Shown here: positions 26,283 to 32,000 of the stretch, one piece after another
Numbering within the stretch: the first letter of the stretch is position 1
Layout: the number at the start of each line of letters is the position of its first letter
NCBI GenBank assembly: GCA_031316235.1
Contig: JALDRA010000001.1
Location: forward strand, 3,360,001-3,392,000
Reading direction: 5' to 3'
Source of the DNA: Candidatus Scalindua sp.
GTDB taxonomy: Bacteria > Planctomycetota > Brocadiia > Brocadiales > Scalinduaceae
Length of the DNA stretch: 32,000 nucleotides
The notes under the pieces: model-generated
What the model saw: only the letters and a program-made list of their open reading frames with translations
The model's database searches: none
What the model was told of the DNA's origin: nothing
Made by a program: the position numbers and the translations under genes

Positions 26283-27122
26283 ATGGAAAATAAATCTGAA
26301 AATAACAAAAAGCAGAGTAGTTTATCCCTGGAAAGGATAGCAGACGATTTATTTATAATTTTTGAAAATGAGATTTTATTCCAAAGGTACTATCCACCGA
26401 AAGACAAGCTGGAAAAGAGAGCAGAGGAATATTTCGAGCAGATATCCAAAGAAAAAGAGATGGAAAAAGGTGAATGTAAAGACAGCGTAAGTAAACCATT
26501 ACAAATGAGTATATTCAAGGATATTTTGCCAGCATATTCTGATTATAGGCAAATTAAAGATAGTTACTTGGAAAAAATTGAAAATAGAAGTCTTTTGAAA
26601 TATATATGCCTTACCGTGTTAGGTTTGGAGGCTTTAGAGGTATTATTTTTTAAAACTGGGGTACTTTCTCCTCCAATCTTGATTGTATCTGTTTTTTTTG
26701 AAATTTTATTAGGTGCGGCAATTTATAAAATTAAAAACTTAAAGGATCAGGATAAAATAATTGCTGCTAAGGGATATTTTTTTGCGACTGTTCATAATAC
26801 CCAAAAAAGTTTGAATACAGATATTGATTACCGTGAATATCAGACTAAAAAAAACAGTGATCAAATTATCTCAGAAATTAATGTATTATTGAAAAAATAT
26901 GATAATAAAGATCAATTTTGGGACGATTTTATTAAAATTCGAAAATACGATCCAACTACCCAAAAAGCATTTCAAAAATTGAATACTCCAAAATTTAAGG
27001 ACTTTGTACTGCTGCATTTTGATGATAAATATAACTCTCAGATCAGGAAAATAAGATACGATGAACTATTCAAACAAGCCGAGTTGTATTTTAAAAACAA
27101 GCAATACATTGATAAATCATAA
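26283..27122 (+). CDS. Hypothetical Lys/Asn-rich protein with two central predicted TM helices (orphan, AT-rich gene)
   Basis: Long ORF in a visibly AT-rich stretch. The hydrophobic segments are YICLTVLGLEALEVLFF and PPILIVSVFFEILLGAAIY. No family was recognised. ATG 26283 is preferred over TTG 26256. Confidence 0.55.
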   Translation: MENKSENNKKQSSLSLERIADDLFIIFENEILFQRYYPPKDKLEKRAEEYFEQISKEKEMEKGECKDSVSKPLQMSIFKDILPAYSDYRQIKDSYLEKIENRSLLKYICLTVLGLEALEVLFFKTGVLSPPILIVSVFFEILLGAAIYKIKNLKDQDKIIAAKGYFFATVHNTQKSLNTDIDYREYQTKKNSDQIISEINVLLKKYDNKDQFWDDFIKIRKYDPTTQKAFQKLNTPKFKDFVLLHFDDKYNSQIRKIRYDELFKQAELYFKNKQYIDKS

Positions 27123-27171
27123 TCTCATCTTTAGTTCTAGAATTTTCTAAAAACCAAAGCGTGGTTAATGG

Positions 27172-27283
27172 TATACTCATCTCATAATGGTTTTCGGATA
27201 AAATCCGAGATAAAATTGAGCGAGTATACCTTCACCAAGATTTGGTTTCCGGTAAAACCGAAAACCAAATCGGTTTTAGTATA
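27172..27283 (+). repeat. TATACT element, short form (copy 6a)
   Basis: tatactcatctcataatggttttcggataaaatccgagataaaattgagcgagtataccttcaccaagatttggtttccggtaaaaccgaaaaccaaatcggttttagtata. Confidence 0.92.
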
Positions 27284-27285
27284 TC

Positions 27286-27365
27286 CACGGACAAAAAACG
27301 CCGAGGACATTACTCGATCCGTTTTTTCTCGGATTTTGTCCGGAAAAAGTTATAAGATGAGTATG
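27286..27365 (-). repeat. TATACT element, partial copy (6b: left arm plus GC hairpin module only), inverted relative to 6a
   Basis: The reverse complement reads catactcatcttataactttttccggacaaaatccgagaaaaaacggatcgagtaatgtcctcggcgttttttgtccgt. Confidence 0.8.
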
Positions 27366-27486
27366 AAAGAGTAAAATAAAAAATAAGAGTTTTTTTCTTG
27401 CGCTCTTACTGCCCGGTCAGGCCGTTCGGGCAGGAGGGGCTTTACGGCGAACTGCTTCTTTTCAGATACGTCCGGGTCAGGTATGT

Positions 27487-29028
27487 ATGGAAAATAAAAA
27501 ATATAGACTGGAAGAGATACAGAACTGTATCACAACCCTTGAGTGGTTGGTTGAAAACAGTGAACAACTTGCCTGTTTAAGCAGACAGGAAAAAAAGAAG
27601 CTGTTTACCGCAGCGGGGAAAATTGCAAGGCCTTCGGTCGAAGAGAGGAAAAAACGTCTTAAAGATAAAAAGATTGCGAAAAGCCGGGGAACAAAAAAAG
27701 CTGACCGAGTTGCGCGGGGGAATACCGGCATCCGTGATGCCCGGCTGAAAGATGTATTCAGCGCTCCGAAAGAACTTCCGATGGACCGGATTGAATCGGG
27801 GCTTAAGCCGGAAGTGCTGAGTTCCGGACGCAATTGTTATGTGTGTAAAGCAGAGTTTACTACGCTCCATCATTTTTATGATTCAATGTGCAAGTCTTGT
27901 GGCGATCTGAATTATAGAAAACGATTCCAGACAGCATCGCTTCACGGCAAGGTCGCATTGATTACCGGCTCTCGTCTTAAGATCGGTTACCAGGCGACAT
28001 TGATGCTGCTGCGTGCCGGTGCAACGGTAATTGCCACCACCCGTTTCCCGGTTGATTCGGCAGAGCGATATGCAAAAGAGGAAGATTTTGCTCATTGGAG
28101 AGACCGTCTGCATATTCATGGCCTTGATTTACGCCATACCCCAAGTGTGGAAATTTTTGCCGGCTACATAGAGCAAAGCTACGACCGACTTGATATACTG
28201 ATCAATAATGCGGCTCAGACAGTTCGACGTCCTCCGGGATTTTATGCGCATTTAATTGGAAATGAATCAAAACCATTCCACAATTTTCCAGAGGATGTCC
28301 AGGTTCTTCTGAGGAACCATGAAGCCTGCAAAAACCAGCTGACAGGGCTTTGCCGGAACGGGCTGCTTGAGCAAGGCTCCCTTCTCCCTGTTGCATGGCA
28401 TGGACAAGGCCCTGGAATCGGATTGCGTGCTTCTGCAGAACTTTCGCAGATTCCCTATAATTTCGACAACTCAATAGTCGCTGCAGAGGTATTTCCAAAA
28501 GATGAACTTGATGTGGATCTTCAGCAGGTTGATTTACGGAAAACTAATAGCTGGCGTTTAAAGCTTGGTGATATCGAAACCCCTGAAATGCTGGAAGTAC
28601 AACTGGTGAATGCAGTTGCTCCATTTGTATTGTGCAATCGTCTGGCTAACCTGATGAAACGAGATAATACAGGGCAGAAACACATTGTGAACGTAACGGC
28701 GGTTGAAGGCAAGTTTTACCGGTTTAAAAAGTCAGATCGTCACCCCCATACGAATATGGCGAAGGCAGCCTTAAATATGCTTACCCACACTTCGGCAGGC
28801 GATTTCAAAAAATATGGTATTTTTATGAATGCGGTTGATACCGGCTGGGTGACCGATGAAGACCCGATAGAACTTTCCCGATTCAAACAACACGTGCATG
28901 ATTTTCAGCCTCCATTGGATATTGTGGATGGAGCGGCAAGAGTTTGCGACCCGTTTTTTGATGGCATTCTTACCGGGAAACATTGGGTTGGGAAATTTCT
29001 AAAGGATTATTTCCCGATCGACTGGTAG
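27487..29028 (+). CDS. SDR-family oxidoreductase with an N-terminal basic region and a CxxC...CxxC zinc-ribbon-like motif
   Basis: 513 aa. Rossmann motif [39 protein letters not shown], and AKAALNMLT. The N-terminus has a K/R-rich tract and [30 protein letters not shown]. Confidence 0.8.
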   Translation: MENKKYRLEEIQNCITTLEWLVENSEQLACLSRQEKKKLFTAAGKIARPSVEERKKRLKDKKIAKSRGTKKADRVARGNTGIRDARLKDVFSAPKELPMDRIESGLKPEVLSSGRNCYVCKAEFTTLHHFYDSMCKSCGDLNYRKRFQTASLHGKVALITGSRLKIGYQATLMLLRAGATVIATTRFPVDSAERYAKEEDFAHWRDRLHIHGLDLRHTPSVEIFAGYIEQSYDRLDILINNAAQTVRRPPGFYAHLIGNESKPFHNFPEDVQVLLRNHEACKNQLTGLCRNGLLEQGSLLPVAWHGQGPGIGLRASAELSQIPYNFDNSIVAAEVFPKDELDVDLQQVDLRKTNSWRLKLGDIETPEMLEVQLVNAVAPFVLCNRLANLMKRDNTGQKHIVNVTAVEGKFYRFKKSDRHPHTNMAKAALNMLTHTSAGDFKKYGIFMNAVDTGWVTDEDPIELSRFKQHVHDFQPPLDIVDGAARVCDPFFDGILTGKHWVGKFLKDYFPIDW

Positions 29029-29036
29029 CTTTCATG

Positions 29037-29065
29037 TATACTAAAACCATTATGAGATGAGTATA
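29037..29065 (-). repeat. TATACT element, 29-bp termini-only mini copy
   Basis: The reverse complement is tatactcatctcataatggttttagtata. This is the left terminus joined to the right terminus across the shared GGTTTT. Confidence 0.8.
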
Positions 29066-29101
29066 TACCCATTCCAGAAATCATTCTGCAGCGGTATACA
29101 G

Positions 29102-29935
29102 CTAATTAACCTGGATAATTTCTGCCTTTTTCGGTTTTTTGAATTGGAATACCTCCGGTTTCAGGATTTGATTAAGAGAAGGATCCTTGAAGGTGATGCT
29201 TAATGTCGTTTCTGATTCAGGCCAGTTGATTTCGACCTCTTTCGGTAATGCATAGTCTTCAACGAGGACGTAATCATTGAAGGTGGCCTGCGCCTTGACG
29301 AGGCTATCAGTCTGAAACAGTATAAGTTCGGTTATTGTACTATCGATTCTGTCGATTTTTAATCGTCCGTAAGGAATATAGCCCTCACCAGTTTTATTAA
29401 ATACATGGATAAGCCAGAAGGTCGGCCAAGTCTCCATAAAGGCCGATCTCCCCTCGAAAAGTTTTCCATGATCCAGGAGCACGGCAATGTCATCGGGAAA
29501 GAGGTATGCCGTATCGTGTGCGGTCCGTTGTAAATGAGATCTTCCTGTGTAAACGGTCTTTTGCTTCGGGAGATAAAGCCAGAAGTTCTGGCCATCTGAA
29601 AGCATATTAAAGACGGTGGTGGCAAGCTTAAAGCCGATGACTCTGATTTTTTCTGGTTTTTGTAATACAAAGACACCCTTACAGGAGAATGGCCCATTGG
29701 TCTCCGGTGTTGTGAGTGTTATCTCGATGTTTGACTTGAGGCTGGTTATCTTTCTCTCTTCAGATACTATATGCTCTTTTAGCTGGAGGAAGGAGAGTTT
29801 CTGGATCCTGCCTGTATCAATCCGGGAGTGAAGATCGGTCTGTGTATCCAGGGGCAGATGAGACTTCTGTGTCGCACAGCCGGTAAAAAGGAGAGAAGCT
29901 GCCAGAAGTAATAGTATATAAGATTTACGGCTCAT
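29102..29935 (-). CDS. Lipoprotein with LolA/LolB-like (DUF4292-like) features
   Basis: Signal sequence plus lipobox-like MSRKSYILLLLAASLLFTGC. The beta-rich body has the pattern ...GVFVLQKPEKIRVIGFK...DGQNFWLYLPKQKTVYTG, typical of LolA-fold lipoproteins. ATG 29935 is preferred over 29971. Confidence 0.5.
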   Translation of the reverse strand: MSRKSYILLLLAASLLFTGCATQKSHLPLDTQTDLHSRIDTGRIQKLSFLQLKEHIVSEERKITSLKSNIEITLTTPETNGPFSCKGVFVLQKPEKIRVIGFKLATTVFNMLSDGQNFWLYLPKQKTVYTGRSHLQRTAHDTAYLFPDDIAVLLDHGKLFEGRSAFMETWPTFWLIHVFNKTGEGYIPYGRLKIDRIDSTITELILFQTDSLVKAQATFNDYVLVEDYALPKEVEINWPESETTLSITFKDPSLNQILKPEVFQFKKPKKAEIIQVN

Positions 29936-29976
29936 TTTTTTACCCTTGGTTACTATTTCCATCTGATTCATTTTCG

Positions 29977-30090
29977 CTACTCATCTCATAATAGTTGTCG
30001 GATAAAATCCGAGAGAAAAAAATGAGCAAGGATACCATTAACCAGGCTCTGGTTTTAAGAAAAATATAAAACCAGATCGGTTTTAGTATA
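29977..30090 (+). repeat. TATACT element, short form, diverged (copy 8); the right end overlaps the ndk stop
   Basis: gctactcatctcataatagttgtcggataaaatccgagagaaaaaaatgagcaaggatacc...aaaaccagatcggttttagtata. Confidence 0.8.
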
Positions 30091-30544
30091 TTTGCCGTAA
30101 GTTTCCCTGTGTTGATTCAAGCAACTCTTCTGTGCCGAAGAAAAGTGCAATTTCTCTCTCTGCGGATTCAGGAGAGTCTGACCCGTGTGCCAGGTTATAT
30201 CGATTGCTTAATCCAAAATCTCCTCGTATAGTTCCCGGAGCTGCCAGATGGCAGGCTGTTTTTCCCAACATGGTGCGGGTAACTTCTATGGCGTTGGTAC
30301 CTCTGATTACCAGGGCTACTATGGGGCCTGATGTCATAAATTCTATAAGTTTTTCAAAAAATTCTTTTCCTTCATGAGCAGAATACGTCTCTCTTGCCAC
30401 GCTTTGAGAGAGGAGAAGTAGTTTGAGACCGAGTATTTCAAGCCCCTTTTCCTCAAACCGGGTGATTATTTTTCCAATTAGTCTGCGTTGTACCGAATCC
30501 GGTTTAATGATGACTAATGTTTTTTGCAAGGTCGGCTCATTCAT
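30083..30544 (-). CDS. ndk: Nucleoside-diphosphate kinase
   Basis: 153 aa. TLVIIKPDSVQRRLIGKIITRFE, GPIVALVI, GTIRGDFG and NLAHGSDS (active-site His) motifs. Confidence 0.93.
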   Translation of the reverse strand: MNEPTLQKTLVIIKPDSVQRRLIGKIITRFEEKGLEILGLKLLLLSQSVARETYSAHEGKEFFEKLIEFMTSGPIVALVIRGTNAIEVTRTMLGKTACHLAAPGTIRGDFGLSNRYNLAHGSDSPESAEREIALFFGTEELLESTQGNLRQIY

Positions 30545-30582
30545 ACTAGGTTTTCTATAACCTCTGATCTGAAATCAGTATG

Positions 30583-31104
30583 CTACGTTATTTTCCCCCG
30601 GACACGCAAAAAAAATTTTTTATACTCTTCCGTCTGGTAATCAGGATATGTCCATGGCATGTTTGCGTATTGACCATATTTATAGTAGAGGGTGACTTCT
30701 GCGTAAATGCCCTTTTGAAGATAGATCCTGTGGTAAAAGTCTTTTGTGGAAGCAAGTATGAGCTGGCATTGGGTGAGATATCCCGGATCCAGATTTACTG
30801 GTCTCTTGATGCGGTACTCATCATTTTGTTTGAGTCTCTCCTCTAATTCATTTGTCCACACTTTGATAGCTGCAATCTCTTCGGGATCGATAAGGTCTTT
30901 AAAAGAGTAAAACGTACGCAAAATGTCTGATCCCATCTCTTTTCTGTAGTAATCGGTAAAATTGAAGGGGATAATATCGCTCTGCGTCTCAATTTCCCCG
31001 AGCCGTTCCTCAAGGAGTGGAGACACCTCTTCAAAGAGTGTCCTGATGCTCGAAAGCATTCCCACGATCAGTTTTACAGGCTTTGGCCGGGTAATTTCAG
31101 ACAT
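30583..31104 (-). CDS. DUF4416-family protein (recalled family assignment)
   Basis: 173 aa. PVKLIVGML..., IPFNFTDYYRKEMG..L.R.FYSF and IKVWTNELE match my recollection of DUF4416. It is tightly packed between proS and ndk. Confidence 0.55.
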   Translation of the reverse strand: MSEITRPKPVKLIVGMLSSIRTLFEEVSPLLEERLGEIETQSDIIPFNFTDYYRKEMGSDILRTFYSFKDLIDPEEIAAIKVWTNELEERLKQNDEYRIKRPVNLDPGYLTQCQLILASTKDFYHRIYLQKGIYAEVTLYYKYGQYANMPWTYPDYQTEEYKKFFLRVRGKIT

Positions 31105-31151
31105 CGTTTTTTACTCTTTAAACGAAATTACTTCACAGGGAGCAGTGAAAA

Positions 31152-32000
31152 TCAAGCAGGATCTCTTTGTGATGCACTATCTGTGGTTAAAGATTGTATA
31201 CAGGTTTTTGTTACCTGGACGATATTTTCAAGTCTTGAAAATGATACTTCGTTCGTAGAGCGTACCTTAATTTCCAGATCACCTTTCTCCTGGTAGCTTT
31301 TTCCCACGGTTATCCGGATTGGAATTCCAATAAGATCGGCATCCTTAAATTTGAAACCCGGTCTCTGGTCCCTGTCATCGAGCAAAACCTCCACTCCCTC
31401 TTTGCGTAAGCTGTCATAAATTTCTGTGGCTGTATCCATAAGGTTACGCTCTTTTATATTTACGGGTACGACCAGGACTTCATACGGTGCCAAAGGTATT
31501 GGCCAGATAATTCCATCCTTATCATGTGATCTCTCAATGGTGGCGGCGATGATTCTGTTTATACCGATACCATAGGACCCCATAACTATGGGCTGTTCCT
31601 TCCCTGTTTTATCCAGGTACTTTGCGTTCAGCGTTTTACTGTATTTTGTACCTAATTTAAAAACATGGCCTATTTCTATTCCACGGGAGATTGAGAGTAA
31701 GCTATTGCATTTGTGGCACTTATCGTCTTCTTTGACAAATCTGATATCGGCAATTGTGTCAACGGTGAAATCTCTTTCAAGATTTACATTCATAATATGG
31801 CTGTCAGCTTTATTCCCGCCTACCACGCAATTTTTCATATTTACAACTGCACGGTCTGCGACAATGTGTGCATTTAATCCAACAGGGCCTGCAAAACCTA
31901 CGGGAGCATTTGTAAGCGTGACAACTGTTTTTTCATCAGCCAATTCGATTGAATCCAGTGATAACTGTTTTGCCAGTTTTGCTTCATTAACATCATGATC
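31152..32000 (-). CDS. proS: Proline--tRNA ligase, C-terminal part (the 5' end lies beyond the window)
   Basis: GSYGIGINRIIAATIE, WPIPLAPYEVLVVPVN, and the anticodon-binding domain LLDDRDQRPGFKFKDADLIGIP. The reading frame stays open from 31943 to the window edge at 32000. Confidence 0.9.
   Translation of the reverse strand, partial: DHDVNEAKLAKQLSLDSIELADEKTVVTLTNAPVGFAGPVGLNAHIVADRAVVNMKNCVVGGNKADSHIMNVNLERDFTVDTIADIRFVKEDDKCHKCNSLLSISRGIEIGHVFKLGTKYSKTLNAKYLDKTGKEQPIVMGSYGIGINRIIAATIERSHDKDGIIWPIPLAPYEVLVVPVNIKERNLMDTATEIYDSLRKEGVEVLLDDRDQRPGFKFKDADLIGIPIRITVGKSYQEKGDLEIKVRSTNEVSFSRLENIVQVTKTCIQSLTTDSASQRDPA

Noticed and set aside
3491-30090. Possibility that the recurring repeats form a CRISPR array
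   Set aside because: The copies are 113-149 bp, kilobases apart, in both orientations, and separated by genes rather than by short uniform spacers. No cas genes are present.

Overview
This is a chromosomal segment with two parts: a partial, atypically organised type II secretion (T2SS)-like cluster, followed by ordinary housekeeping genes. All calls come from reading the ORF translations and nucleotide patterns by eye; no searches were run.

The T2SS-like cluster spans 894-7260. It holds a GspD secretin, three prepilin-type pseudopilins, a GspK-like protein and an embedded secreted Ig-like protein.

The housekeeping genes are gcvT, kdsA, ruvA, ruvB, queH, a SpoIID/LytB protein, tgt-yajC-secDF, a LysM protein, an 8-bladed PQQ-like propeller, rlmN, ndk and a 5'-truncated proS.

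The stand-out feature is a dense family of about 113-149 bp structured repeats, called the 'TATACT element' here.
- At least 10 copies or fragments are present, all intergenic and in both orientations.
- The ends form an interrupted terminal inverted repeat, and each arm carries a subterminal hairpin.
- A GC-rich hairpin module is present in some copies and absent in others.
- Variants include a 29-bp copy made of the two termini only, a head-to-tail tandem pair and an inverted composite.
- No transposase is visible in the window, so the family looks like a non-autonomous mobile element (MITE, PATE or REP-like).
- The copies punctuate the T2SS cluster and bracket two compositionally odd accessory genes: an AT-rich two-TM orphan, and an SDR with a basic and zinc-ribbon N-terminus.

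Other notable items are a TPR protein carrying two RpoA alpha-CTD-like modules, a SecDF fusion with a very large insertion in the SecF periplasmic domain, and a 542-aa BshC-like protein immediately upstream of rlmN.

The gene content and architectures (fused giant SecDF, TPR-alphaCTD fusion, weak Shine-Dalgarno usage, frequent TTG/GTG starts) suggest a Planctomycetota-like genome, possibly an anammox lineage. This is inference only.
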